NCBI RefSeq assembly: GCF_900103165.1
Contig: NZ_FNKY01000001.1
Location: 3,442,981-3,474,980, forward strand
Length of the DNA: 32,000 bases
Origin: Nitrosospira multiformis
GTDB lineage: Bacteria > Pseudomonadota > Gammaproteobacteria > Burkholderiales > Nitrosomonadaceae
Reading direction: 5' to 3'
The translations under genes were made by a program, and so were the position numbers. Below are positions 16,820-25,932 of this stretch, one piece after another (position 1 is the first letter of the stretch; every line of letters starts with the position of its first letter). The notes under the pieces are model-generated. The model was given only the letters and a program-made list of their open reading frames with translations. It had not been told where the DNA came from and ran no database searches.

Positions 16820-16850
16820 TTATCCCATTTATTCCATTTATTCCATTTAA
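16815..16850. repeat. 9-bp tandem repeat x4 ((T/C)CCATTTAT on plus strand) that includes the cysG start codon
   Basis: The minus strand reads TTAA ATGGAATAA ATGGAATAA ATGGGATAA ATGGATTTT...; the fourth ATG is the cysG start. Confidence 0.9.
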
Positions 16851-17246
16851 AAAGAGCTGTAATTCAGTTTAACCGCTTGACCATCGCTCTTTCGGTGATT
16901 TTGGCAAGCTCGCTACAACTGCTGGATTCGTAATAACGATTCTGCATTTCGTACTACTTTACCCGAAAATGCATTAGAACGAATTGGTCAAATAGGCACG
17001 AAAGGTGCGAAATTCGAACCATGACCCTGGCCAACGCCAAGGCCGCACCCGATCCGATCGCAGCAGGCGAGGAAACCGCCATCACTCCCCGGCAAACCGG
17101 CAGCATGCATTGTGCCTTAGCCCGATAGCGCATCACCCAATGTATTGAAAAGTAAGAAATTCGCCCTTCGTCCAGGCGGTTCATTTTTCATGGTGCCGCT
17201 TATTTGCTATGATGCGTCTCTTGCTTAGCGCGAAACAGCTTCTTTC

Positions 17247-18089
17247 ATGCCCAATATTGACCTCCACTGCCATTCGACAGTTTCCGACGGCTTGCTGACG
17301 CCCACGTTATTGGTGGAACGTGCAGCCGCGTGCGGAGTGGATGTGCTGGCGCTAACCGATCACGACGACGTTGCCGGACTGGAGGAGGCGCGCCAGGTCG
17401 CCGCCGAGAAGAATATTACGTTTATCAACGGTGTGGAAATTTCCGCTGACTGGCGTGGGCAGACCTTGCATATTGTCGGGCTCGGTATAGACCCCATGCA
17501 TCCGCAGCTAGCCGGGGGGCTGAAGTCCATTCGCGACGGACGCACCATGCGCGCACACAATATTGCCGCGCAACTTGATAAATTTGGTATCCGTGGCAGT
17601 TTTGAAGGGGCTCTCGCTCACGCCGGGAATGGACGGTTGATAGGCCGTACGCATTTTGCCCGTTTTCTGGTTCAGCAAGGTTACGCCAAGGATGTAAGAT
17701 CCGTGTTCAAGAAATATCTGGTCAAAGGAAAACCCGGTTATGCGCCGCATCAGTGGGCGCCGTTAAGCGACGCGGTCAACTGGATATGCGGTAGCGGTGG
17801 CAGAGCCGTAATCGCTCATCCAGCACGTTATAAATTGGGCAGAGGTGCACTGGATGAGTTGATGCTGGAGTTTCGCGCCCTGGGCGGCCAGGCTATCGAG
17901 GTCGTCACCGCCAGTCACACGCTGGAGCAATCGTTGCTGTTCGCAAATCATAGCCAGCGCATGGGTTTGCTGGCTTCACGCGGCTCGGATTTCCACGGCC
18001 CGGGTGAGAGCTATTTTGACTTGGGCCGAATGCCGGAATTGCCGGCCAATTGCACGCCGGTATGGCATGATTGGAAGCAGGTGATGTAG
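17247..18089 (+). CDS. trpH: PHP-domain phosphoesterase (TrpH/YciV, RNase AM family)
   Basis: MPNIDLHCHSTVSDGLLTP...LALTDHD is the PHP metal-binding signature. It is followed by a yciO-like gene, as in enterobacteria. Confidence 0.85.
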   Translation: MPNIDLHCHSTVSDGLLTPTLLVERAAACGVDVLALTDHDDVAGLEEARQVAAEKNITFINGVEISADWRGQTLHIVGLGIDPMHPQLAGGLKSIRDGRTMRAHNIAAQLDKFGIRGSFEGALAHAGNGRLIGRTHFARFLVQQGYAKDVRSVFKKYLVKGKPGYAPHQWAPLSDAVNWICGSGGRAVIAHPARYKLGRGALDELMLEFRALGGQAIEVVTASHTLEQSLLFANHSQRMGLLASRGSDFHGPGESYFDLGRMPELPANCTPVWHDWKQVM

Positions 18090-18396
18090 TAGGGAGTATG
18101 TCCCACCTCCACGATCTCCAATCCTCCTGGCTATCAGGCCGTCACTTTACTGTGGTGTTGCAAACGAATTATTTCCATGGAAGCCTGCTGACTTGAGAAG
18201 CGGAGTGGAAAAGTAACTGGCGAGGTCAAATTTTGACGATTTTGATGTACGGGTTGCTGGATATCCAATAGTGATCGACCCGCGTTTTGCATGGTGTCCC
18301 CTCATCCGGTAAATGAGTGACGAGTCAACTGGCTTGTACCTTGAAATTTTAGAAGTACCCTAAAAACCAAAACTACAATCAGAGACTGTTCCTCGC

Positions 18397-19029
18397 GTGG
18401 CTCAATTCTTCTCCATTCACCCGGCTAATCCGCAGTCGCGCTTGATAAGACAAGCCGCGGCCATCGTACGCGCCGGCGGCGTGCTCGCCTATCCAACCGA
18501 CTCCTGTTATGCGCTGGGCGGCCACCTGGGGGACAAGACGATCATGACGCGCATTCGCGCCATACGGCAAGTGGATGAGCACCACCACTTTACGCTGATG
18601 TGCCGGAACCTGGCCGAGATTTCGCATTACGCGAAAGTCGATAATCGCCAATACCGGTTACTCAAGGCAAGCACGCCCGGTAGCTATACTTTCATATTTC
18701 AGGCCACGCGCGAGGTGCCACGCCGCTTGCAACATCCGAAGCGCAACACTATCGGCCTGAGAATACCCGATCATCCGGTCGTGCAGGCACTTCTGACCGA
18801 GTTGAATGAACCGCTGCTGAGTTCCACCTTGATGCTGCCGGGAGATGAGTTCCCTCTCAATGATGCGGAGGAAATCCGCGATCGCCTCGAACACCATGTA
18901 GAACTGGTACTGGATGGCGGTGCCTGCGGTCTGGAGATGAGTACCGTGATCGACCTGACGGGTGACGAGCCGGAACTTGTACGGCAAGGAAAGGGCAGTC
19001 TCGCGCCATTCGGAATTGTGCATGGATAG
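18397..19029 (+). CDS. yciO: YciO / L-threonylcarbamoyladenylate synthase-family (Sua5/YrdC/YciO) protein
   Basis: AAAIVRAGGVLAYPTDSCYALG, HHFTLMCRNL, PGSYTFIF and STVIDLTGDEPELVRQGKG match the YrdC-fold family. The start codon is GTG. Confidence 0.85.
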   Translation: MAQFFSIHPANPQSRLIRQAAAIVRAGGVLAYPTDSCYALGGHLGDKTIMTRIRAIRQVDEHHHFTLMCRNLAEISHYAKVDNRQYRLLKASTPGSYTFIFQATREVPRRLQHPKRNTIGLRIPDHPVVQALLTELNEPLLSSTLMLPGDEFPLNDAEEIRDRLEHHVELVLDGGACGLEMSTVIDLTGDEPELVRQGKGSLAPFGIVHG

Positions 19030-19669
19030 TGTTATCCAGAATATCGCCATTTATGCGCTGCCGGTAATTTTTGCCATTACCCTGCATGAGGCCGCACACG
19101 GTTATGTCGCCAAGCATTTCGGCGATCTCACAGCCTACGCGCAGGGACGCGTCAGCCTGAATCCAATCCGGCATATCGATCCGGTGGGTACGATTCTGCT
19201 TCCATTGTTAACGCTGCTGCTGGGCGGCATCCTGTTTGGCTGGGCAAAGCCGGTGCCGGTTAATTTTTCGGCGCTGCGCCATCCGAAACAGGATATGCTT
19301 TGGGTGGCGCTGGCCGGACCGGGCGCGAATCTCTTCATGGCATTGCTTTGGGCGTTCGTAATCAAGCTGGGGATCAGTTTGCCGGAAAGCGATCTGGCGA
19401 GGCCCATGATACTGATGGGTGAAGCAGGCATCAAAATCAACGTGATACTCATGGTGCTGAATCTCCTGCCTTTGCCACCGCTGGACGGCGGACGCATTGC
19501 GGTAAGCCTGCTGCCTCACAACATGGCATATGGTTTTTCGAAAATTGAGCCTTATGGCTTTATGATCCTGCTATTGTTGTTGATCACTGGCGTACTCGGC
19601 GCCATCATCGGACCTTTTATTAGTATCACGATACAATTGGTGGTATGGTTTTTTGGTCTGGAAGTTTAA
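19022..19669 (+). CDS. site-2 protease family (M50) membrane metalloprotease
   Basis: It has an HEAAHGYVA (HExxH) motif within a TM helix, NLLPLPPLDGG (second conserved motif), and several hydrophobic helices. The track ORF starts at 18962; I prefer ATG 19022 (MDSVIQNIAIYALP), which overlaps the yciO stop by 8 nt. Confidence 0.8.
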   Translation: MDSVIQNIAIYALPVIFAITLHEAAHGYVAKHFGDLTAYAQGRVSLNPIRHIDPVGTILLPLLTLLLGGILFGWAKPVPVNFSALRHPKQDMLWVALAGPGANLFMALLWAFVIKLGISLPESDLARPMILMGEAGIKINVILMVLNLLPLPPLDGGRIAVSLLPHNMAYGFSKIEPYGFMILLLLLITGVLGAIIGPFISITIQLVVWFFGLEV

Positions 19670-19695
19670 TCAAGGATTAGCTAAGGGCAAGCAAC

Positions 19696-20898
19696 ATGTT
19701 CACTGATCGCGTTTTGTCGGGGATGCGCCCCACTGGCGGCCTCCACTTAGGGCATTACCACGGAGTGCTAAAAAACTGGGTGGAGCTGCAGCACCAATTC
19801 GAATGTCTGTTTTTTGTTGCCGACTGGCACGCTCTCACCACGCATTACGACACCCCGGAGGTCATCGAACAACATGTCTGGGACATGGTGATAGATTGGC
19901 TTGCTGCCGGTGTGGACCCGGCGCAGGCGACTTTATTCATTCAATCGCGGGTGCCGGCCCATGCCGAGTTGCATGTCCTGCTTTCCATGATTACCCCGCT
20001 GGGCTGGCTGGAACGCGTTCCCACCTACAAGGATCAGCAGGAAAAATTGACGGAAAAGGATCTGAGCACCTACGGCTTCCTGGGCTACCCCCTGCTTCAG
20101 AGCGCGGATATCCTTATTTACCGGGCTACTCGTGTACCCGTAGGCGAGGATCAGGCCCCGCATATCGAATTTACCCGCGAGATCACGCGACGCTTCAACC
20201 ATATTTTCGGCAAGGAAGTCGGCTTCCAGGAAAAAGCCGAATTGGCGATAAAAAAACTTGGTTCTAAAAAATCCAAGGTCTACCGCGAACTACGAAATCG
20301 TTACCAGGAGCAGGGCGACGATGGGGCGCTGGCCGCCGCGAAATCGCTGCTTGATGAACAGCAGAACTTGAGCATGGGCGACCAGGAACGATTATTCGGC
20401 TACCTCGAGGGCGGCGGCAAGATGATACTCTCCGAACCTGAGGTCATGCTTACGCCGGCGTCGAAGATGCCGGGGCTGGATGGCCAGAAAATGTCCAAAT
20501 CCTACAATAACACCATTAATCTGCGGGAGGATGAGGCTAGCGTCATAAAGAAGATCCGCACGATGCCAACCGACCCGGCGCGCGTCCGGCGCAGTGACCC
20601 GGGTGATCCCGCCAAGTGTCCGCTATGGCAATTCCACCTGGTTTACTCGAATGCGGAGACCAGGGAATGGGTACAACAGGGCTGCACGACCGCCGGTATC
20701 GGCTGTCTGGAATGCAAGCAACCTGTTATTGACGCAATACTGGCGGAACAGAAACCCATGCACGAGCGTGCCCGAATGTACGAAGAGGATCCCACGCTGG
20801 TACGTAATATCATCGCTGACGGATGTGAGAGAGCAGACAAACTGGCTCAAGAGACGATGCGTGACGTCAGGGAGGCGATGGGCTTAAATTATTTTTAG
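19696..20898 (+). CDS. trpS: tryptophan--tRNA ligase
   Basis: It carries the class I signature GGLHLGHYHG (HIGH) and KMSKS. The overall TrpRS pattern is GMRPTG...FVADWHALT, and this is the long (400 aa) form. Confidence 0.95.
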   Translation: MFTDRVLSGMRPTGGLHLGHYHGVLKNWVELQHQFECLFFVADWHALTTHYDTPEVIEQHVWDMVIDWLAAGVDPAQATLFIQSRVPAHAELHVLLSMITPLGWLERVPTYKDQQEKLTEKDLSTYGFLGYPLLQSADILIYRATRVPVGEDQAPHIEFTREITRRFNHIFGKEVGFQEKAELAIKKLGSKKSKVYRELRNRYQEQGDDGALAAAKSLLDEQQNLSMGDQERLFGYLEGGGKMILSEPEVMLTPASKMPGLDGQKMSKSYNNTINLREDEASVIKKIRTMPTDPARVRRSDPGDPAKCPLWQFHLVYSNAETREWVQQGCTTAGIGCLECKQPVIDAILAEQKPMHERARMYEEDPTLVRNIIADGCERADKLAQETMRDVREAMGLNYF

Positions 20899-20958
20899 GG
20901 TGATCCCTGGAAATTCAACGTGGGCTTGTTCGCCCGCCCACCTGCCTACTCATGCCAG

Positions 20959-21018
20959 TCATTTATCAACTCACTTGCCAATTCACTTACCAACTCATTT
21001 ACCAGCTCATTTACCAAT
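20959..21018. repeat. 12-bp imperfect tandem repeat x5 (consensus TCA(C/T)TTACCAA(C/T))
   Basis: TCATTTATCAAC TCACTTGCCAAT TCACTTACCAAC TCATTTACCAGC TCATTTACCAAT, in the trpS-scpA spacer. It produces the artefactual HLPx-repeat ORF at 20900..21091. Confidence 0.85.
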
Positions 21019-21071
21019 TGAAGACAAACGAATGCCGATCGAGCCTGCAATGGTTTTGGAGGTGACGGAAG

Positions 21072-21890
21072 ATGGCTTCCGGGATGAATGACTCTCTTCA
21101 TCCCATCAGCAATCCGGTGGTGAAGATCCATGGTGAACCACTCAGGGAGTTACCACGGGATTTGTACATCCCGCCGGATGCGCTGGAAGTGTTTCTTGAC
21201 ACTTTCCAGGGGCCTCTTGATTTGCTGCTCTATCTTATTCGCAAACATAATCTGGACGTGCTGGATATACCCATGGCGGAACTTACGCGGCAATACATGG
21301 CCTATGTCGAAATGATGCGAGCCAATCAATTGGAGTTGGCGGCGGAATATCTCCTGATGGCCGCGGTGCTGATCGAAATCAAATCGCGCATGTTACTGCC
21401 ACGCCCTGTCAATAGAGCTGAGGAAGAGGGTGATCCACGCGCTGAGCTGGTGCGCCGTTTGCTGGAATATGAGCAGATGAAAGTCGCAGCACAGCGGCTT
21501 AACGAATTGCCGCAGGCTGAACGTGATTTTGCGCTGACGCAGGTATGGATCAATCAGACCGTGGTTAAACGTCTGCCGGATATCAGCATGGATGACCTGC
21601 GTAACGCCTGGCTTGCGCTAATGGCTCGCTCGCAGGCGAACCGCCGGCATCGTATCACCCGGGATGAGCTTTCGGTTCGTGCACATATGAGCCGCATCTT
21701 GCGCCATCTCCAGGGCCATCAGTTTATCGAGTTCAATGAATTATTCAGCGCAACCGCTAGCGTAGCGGAAGTGGTGGTAACTTTTCTTGCGTTGCTGGAG
21801 TTGGTCAGGGAGAATCAGGTGGAAGTAGCACAATCTCAGGCTTTTGGAATTATTTATGTCAGACCCATCAGTTTCCTTGCCGCTGTCTAG
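21072..21890 (+). CDS. scpA: segregation and condensation protein A (kleisin)
   Basis: [35 protein letters not shown] is the ScpA signature. GGAGGTGA lies 6 nt upstream of the ATG. Confidence 0.9.
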   Translation: MASGMNDSLHPISNPVVKIHGEPLRELPRDLYIPPDALEVFLDTFQGPLDLLLYLIRKHNLDVLDIPMAELTRQYMAYVEMMRANQLELAAEYLLMAAVLIEIKSRMLLPRPVNRAEEEGDPRAELVRRLLEYEQMKVAAQRLNELPQAERDFALTQVWINQTVVKRLPDISMDDLRNAWLALMARSQANRRHRITRDELSVRAHMSRILRHLQGHQFIEFNELFSATASVAEVVVTFLALLELVRENQVEVAQSQAFGIIYVRPISFLAAV

Positions 21891-22473
21891 CTTCACCGGC
21901 GCGTTCAGCCCCGGCGAGATAAAGCGAATTCTGGAAACGGCATTGCTTACAAACCAGGAACCGCTGCCGCTATCGGAATTGAGGAAATTGTTTGACGATG
22001 AGCTGAGCGCGGAAATTCTACGCAGGCTGCTTGAAGAATTGCGTGAGGACTGGGAGGGAAAAGGGATAGAGCTGGTAACAGTTGCCGGCGGCTGGCGTTT
22101 TCAAGCCAGGCCGGAGATGCAGGAATTCCTGGATCGGCTTAATCCTCAAAAACCCCCGCGCTATTCACGTGCAGTGCTTGAGACGCTTGCCATTATTGCC
22201 TATCGTCAACCGGTAACGCGCGGCGATATTGAGGAAATCCGGGGTGTCGCAGTCTCGGGTCCGGTACTTAAAGCGCTTGAGTCGCGTGGTTGGATCAGTG
22301 CCATCGGACATCGCGATGTTCCCGGCAGACCGGTCTTATATGCGACGACCATGAGTTTTCTCAATGATCTAAATCTGCGCGCTCTGGAGGAGTTGCCTCC
22401 GCTGGAGGAACTGGGTACGCTACTCGAGCCCAGCGAGAAAATGGGAAGCATGGAATTACTATCATCTTCATAA
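21856..22473 (+). CDS. scpB: segregation and condensation protein B
   Basis: [24 protein letters not shown]...LESRGWI...GRPVLYATT is the ScpB winged-helix pattern. The track start at 21844 is TTG; ATG 21856 is preferred. It overlaps the end of scpA. Confidence 0.9.
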   Translation: MSDPSVSLPLSSFTGAFSPGEIKRILETALLTNQEPLPLSELRKLFDDELSAEILRRLLEELREDWEGKGIELVTVAGGWRFQARPEMQEFLDRLNPQKPPRYSRAVLETLAIIAYRQPVTRGDIEEIRGVAVSGPVLKALESRGWISAIGHRDVPGRPVLYATTMSFLNDLNLRALEELPPLEELGTLLEPSEKMGSMELLSSS

Positions 22474-22575
22474 TGGTGGGGAATGATCCCACCCATGCGA
22501 ATCCTGCATAGCGTTCCGATAGCGGCTGGCGGTAGCGCTTGGGAGCGACGGGAAAGAGCGAAGGAGAGCGAGCTT

Positions 22576-23214
22576 ATGGAGCAAGCGATGCGAACGATTC
22601 TGGTGGCAAACCCCAAGGGGGGGTGCGGAAAAACGACGTTGTCAACCAACCTGGCCGCTTATCTGGCCGGACAAAATCAGCGGATTGTCATGTGGGATCT
22701 GGATCGCCAGAAGTCATCACTGGACTGGCTCGCATTGCGCCCCGCTGAATTGCCGACGATTACCAGTCTGGATGCGGATCGCAATGAGATCCATCCGGAT
22801 ATTCCGGAAAACTACGATTGGCTTGTGCTGGATTCCCCGGCGGGTATGCACGGCAAGAATCTTGCCCATGCATTGAAACTTGCAGATAAAGTTGTGGTGC
22901 CGGTGCAGCCTTCGGTATTCGACATGGCCGCCACGCGGGATTTTCTGGATCAGCTAATGGAAGAAAAATCCGTGCGGAAGCACAAAGCATTCATCGGTAT
23001 TATTGGTATGCGGGTGGACCCCCGCACTCGCGCCGCGGCTACCCTGGAACAATTTCTTGAACAGTATGATCTACCGATTCTTACTTATTTACGTGACACG
23101 ATGGTGTATGTCAATGCAGCCTTCAATGGCAAGGGTATTTTTGATTTGCCACCCTATCAGGCTGAGCGCGACTTGTTGCAATGGCAGCCGATTATTGAAT
23201 GGGTAAATGCCTAG
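22576..23214 (+). CDS. ParA/MinD-family ATPase (orphan ParA-like)
   Basis: ILVANPKGGCGKTTLSTNLA is the deviant Walker A (KGGxGKT). WLVLDSPAG is Walker B. I chose ATG 22576 because AAGGAG lies 9 nt upstream; the track ORF begins at 22483. Confidence 0.85.
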   Translation: MEQAMRTILVANPKGGCGKTTLSTNLAAYLAGQNQRIVMWDLDRQKSSLDWLALRPAELPTITSLDADRNEIHPDIPENYDWLVLDSPAGMHGKNLAHALKLADKVVVPVQPSVFDMAATRDFLDQLMEEKSVRKHKAFIGIIGMRVDPRTRAAATLEQFLEQYDLPILTYLRDTMVYVNAAFNGKGIFDLPPYQAERDLLQWQPIIEWVNA

Positions 23215-23326
23215 CTGCCTGCGGGACTTCGCCGTCTAATAAATCCTGAAATTCATCCACAATGCACTCGCAAGAGAGGCGCTTCAATAGCACTCCGGAT
23301 TAAGATCCGGGTATATATTGAGCGCC

Positions 23327-25423
23327 TCAATGCACATGATCGCCGGGCGGGGGGAGGATTTCCTTTTCGCGATTGAGCTGTGCGAGCTGCTGCAGCAGCA
23401 TGCCGGTATTGTCCCAGCCGGGGCCGTCGGCTTCGGGGATCCAGCGCGCACGCAGGTAGCCGAAGCGGTCGACCAGGAATTCCAGGTGCGGGGGCAGGCT
23501 GCCCTCGCCCAGCAGGTCGGGCTTGTTCAGCGTGCGCCGGAACAGGGTGTAGCTGCGCACGATCTCGGCCGCACCCTGGGTGATCACTGGGAAGGGAACC
23601 TGGGCGGTCATTTGCGCGATTTCCTGCGAATCCGGATCATCCTCCGGCACCGCCAGCAGCACGGTGTTGGCGGTATTGAGCTGGGCGTTGAGCGCGCTCA
23701 GCTGCTCCATCCGTTCGCGCGAGGCCGGCCAGGAGAACATGACCAGCAGCACGTTCTTCTGGCCACGGAAGTCTTTCAGGGTGCCGCTGGAGCCGTCGTG
23801 CGCGGTGTAGGAGAAGTTGGGCGGGCCCAGGGAGGGCTGGGGCTGGTCGGGCACGACGCGCGGGCTCATCAGGCGCGCCTGGTAGCCGCGCGACATGGCG
23901 TGCAGGAAGTTGACCACGTCCCAGCGCTCTTCTTCCGAGAGTTTGTCGGCGAATACCGGCATGCCGGTATCGGGAATGCCGAAGGTCAGCCAGTGGAAGA
24001 AGTCGCCCGCGGTATGCTTGGCGGTGTGCGGTTCGGTCAGCATGTCCACCGGCGGCTTGGCAAAGGTCTTGGCCAGCACGCCATTGCCCTTGCCCTGCAG
24101 GCCGTGGCAGGCCACGCAGTTCTCGGCGAACAGGGTCGAGCCGTTGGCAATGGAGATGGTGTCGAACGGGACCGGGGTCTTGCGGTAGGTTTCCGGGTAG
24201 GCATCGATGGCCAGCGGCGGCAGTCCCACCGCCAGGGCCAGCACCGCGGCCAGCGCCGGCAGGCCGATGCGCCGCTTCTTGTCCCAGTGCCGGGCGCGCC
24301 CGTAAGCGAGCGCTCCGCCGGCCAGCAGCAGCAGGGCAATGCCTGCCCAGGCGCGCAGCATGACGCTCTCTTCTCCCCAGGTGGCGGCCAGGGAGAAGCG
24401 GAAGGTGTAGGGCCAGTTCTGGATGATGGCGTGCTTGGCCGGGACGGTATTGGCCACGATGGTGGCCAAGAGCACGATGCCCAGCGCCAGGACGAATTCG
24501 AAGCTGACCCATTTGCGCAGGCGTTGCCCCGCCGCCAGGGCCTTGTCCGTATTCTGCGGCGAGATCTGGGAGAGCAGCGGCAGCCAGGTGGCGCGCGCGC
24601 GCGCGGCAATCAGCAGTACCACGATGAGCAGGCCGATCTTGGCGTTGAGCAGCCAGCCGTACTGGGTGGAGACCATGGCGGCGTAGGTGGTGTCGACCAT
24701 GCGGTCGGTGATGATGATGCCGGTGGCGATGACGGCCAGCATGACCGGCAGCGCCATGACCGAGAAACGTTTGAGCGCCTGGGCGCCGGCTTGCACCGCT
24801 TCTTCGCGCGATTGGAACAGTTCGTGGATGCGGGCAATGGCGTCGCTCTGGAGGCCGGAGGGGGCGGCCGCCGCATGGGCCGCCGGGGCGGTGCAGGCGA
24901 AACAGACGACGAGGAAAGCCGGCAGGGCGCCGAACCAGACGCTGGCCAGGATGATGTGCAGGGCGTAGGGCAGGATCGATACCACCGAGAGTTCTTCGGC
25001 CGCGGCATGGCTCGCGAGTGAGCCCACTACCAGCGTGAGGGAGGCGACCGTCGCGCACAGGAGGTAGCGCCAGCGCGCTGCGGGGGTGTAGCGGATGTAG
25101 AGGGCGATGGCGGCAACCAGGAGGGCCAGGAGCGCGCGGCCCACCCAGATGTGGCCCATACGGGTATTCTGCAGGAGGGCGAACCAGGCATCCGGCCGCC
25201 AGGCATTTTCGGTTATGCCGGTGGCCTGCGCCGTGGTGGTGGCGAGGATGCCCAGCAGGCCCAGCAGCAGCAGCAGGCCCAGCCACGGCAGGGCGCGTTG
25301 CAGCCGGGTCACCCAGGGGGAGTGGAACGATCCGGCGATGGCGAGGAAGATGCAACTGCCGACCAGGATCATGTTGGACGCAAGCTGTAACCAGCGCAGG
25401 AGCGTCGCGATGACCTCGATCAT
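23327..25423 (-). CDS. copD: CopD-family membrane protein fused to a cytochrome c domain and a C-terminal thioredoxin-fold-like domain
   Basis: 698 aa. Residues 1-~410 are multi-TM and CopD-like. The heme-binding motif CVACH is at residues 436-440 (nt 24104-24118, verified as TGCGTGGCCTGCCAC on the minus strand), with a downstream GMPVF Met candidate. The ~160-aa C-terminus has a TlpA/SCO-like pattern (LKDFRGQKNVLLVMFSWPASRE). The ATG overlaps the copC TGA (ATGA). Confidence 0.85.
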   Translation of the reverse strand: MIEVIATLLRWLQLASNMILVGSCIFLAIAGSFHSPWVTRLQRALPWLGLLLLLGLLGILATTTAQATGITENAWRPDAWFALLQNTRMGHIWVGRALLALLVAAIALYIRYTPAARWRYLLCATVASLTLVVGSLASHAAAEELSVVSILPYALHIILASVWFGALPAFLVVCFACTAPAAHAAAAPSGLQSDAIARIHELFQSREEAVQAGAQALKRFSVMALPVMLAVIATGIIITDRMVDTTYAAMVSTQYGWLLNAKIGLLIVVLLIAARARATWLPLLSQISPQNTDKALAAGQRLRKWVSFEFVLALGIVLLATIVANTVPAKHAIIQNWPYTFRFSLAATWGEESVMLRAWAGIALLLLAGGALAYGRARHWDKKRRIGLPALAAVLALAVGLPPLAIDAYPETYRKTPVPFDTISIANGSTLFAENCVACHGLQGKGNGVLAKTFAKPPVDMLTEPHTAKHTAGDFFHWLTFGIPDTGMPVFADKLSEEERWDVVNFLHAMSRGYQARLMSPRVVPDQPQPSLGPPNFSYTAHDGSSGTLKDFRGQKNVLLVMFSWPASRERMEQLSALNAQLNTANTVLLAVPEDDPDSQEIAQMTAQVPFPVITQGAAEIVRSYTLFRRTLNKPDLLGEGSLPPHLEFLVDRFGYLRARWIPEADGPGWDNTGMLLQQLAQLNREKEILPPPGDHVH

Positions 25424-25830
25424 TTCTCTTGCGCTTTGCTCTTTACGGTAAAGTCGTAGGACGAGTCAACCACGTGGCCGTCCACCGATAATACCCGGAA
25501 CTTGACCGTGTACTTGCCGGCAGCCAGTTCCGGCAGGGGCAGGACGATGGCTCGGGGGTCGTCGGGCGCAATCGTGGGCTTGGCGTCGGTGACGGGGGTC
25601 TTGCCGGCGTCGAGTACGGTCAGCGCCGCGTAGTCCTTTTCGACTTCTTCATTGAACCAGAGCCGCACTTGCCCCGGCGTGACGGTGAGTACCGCCCGGC
25701 GCGGCGGTTCCGCCTTGACCAGCATCGCATGCGCCAGGGCGGGCGCGCTGTGCAGGCTCGCCGCCATGGCCATCAGCAGCACACTGCCTGCCATGATCCG
25801 CTTGAGGGCGGAAACCATCCATGATTCCAT
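25420..25830 (-). CDS. copC: periplasmic copper-binding protein CopC
   Basis: A signal peptide ends ...APALA followed by HAMLVKAEP, i.e. a mature N-terminal His as in CopC/PcoC. GKYTVKFRVLSVDGHVV is the conserved C-terminal beta-strand motif. GAGGAG lies 5 nt upstream. Confidence 0.85.
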   Translation of the reverse strand: MESWMVSALKRIMAGSVLLMAMAASLHSAPALAHAMLVKAEPPRRAVLTVTPGQVRLWFNEEVEKDYAALTVLDAGKTPVTDAKPTIAPDDPRAIVLPLPELAAGKYTVKFRVLSVDGHVVDSSYDFTVKSKAQEK

Positions 25831-25858
25831 TCTGACTCCTCATTCAGTCTGTCGCCCC

Positions 25859-25883
25859 CAAAGGGGGCGACAGTATTCATTTG
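25859..25883 (-). other. perfect 11-bp GC-rich hairpin between amoD and copC
   Basis: CTGTCGCCCCC-AAA-GGGGGCGACAG (plus strand). No U-tract follows on the transcribed (minus) strand. It ends ~28 nt upstream of the copC ATG. Confidence 0.6.
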
Positions 25884-25932
25884 ACTGTATTGCCGGCGTA
25901 TGGTTCGGCTTGACCTCCGGCCCGGCCGGGAC

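Noticed and set aside
16954-17184. 76-aa minus-strand ORF in the cysG-trpH divergent spacer, and the ATTCGAACC string (17012-17020) as a possible tRNA.
   Set aside because: The ORF has no SD and an implausible sequence. The T-loop-like string has no complementary T-stem or acceptor arms.
14313-21018. The tandem repeats as possible CRISPR arrays.
   Set aside because: The units are 7-12 bp and directly abutting with no spacers. There are no cas genes in the window.
20900-21091. 63-aa ORF with HLPT/HLPI/HLPA repeats, and the antisense 61-aa ORF (20946-21131).
   Set aside because: These are simply translations of the 12-bp DNA tandem repeat in the trpS-scpA spacer. There is no SD, and the first one overlaps the scpA start.
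23294-23310. Hairpin CCGGAT-TAAG-ATCCGG between parA-like and copD as a shared terminator.
   Set aside because: The stem is only 6 bp and there is no T-run on either strand, so the evidence is too weak.
23318-25355. Very long ORFs overlapping copD: 567 aa on the plus strand (23318-25021), 572 aa out of frame on the minus strand (23637-25355), and several 60-190-aa ORFs.
   Set aside because: Their products are low-complexity Arg/Gly/Ala/Pro-rich strings with no motifs, and they overlap a frame that encodes a coherent CopD-cytochrome c protein. Stop-free alternative frames of this kind are expected in GC-rich DNA.
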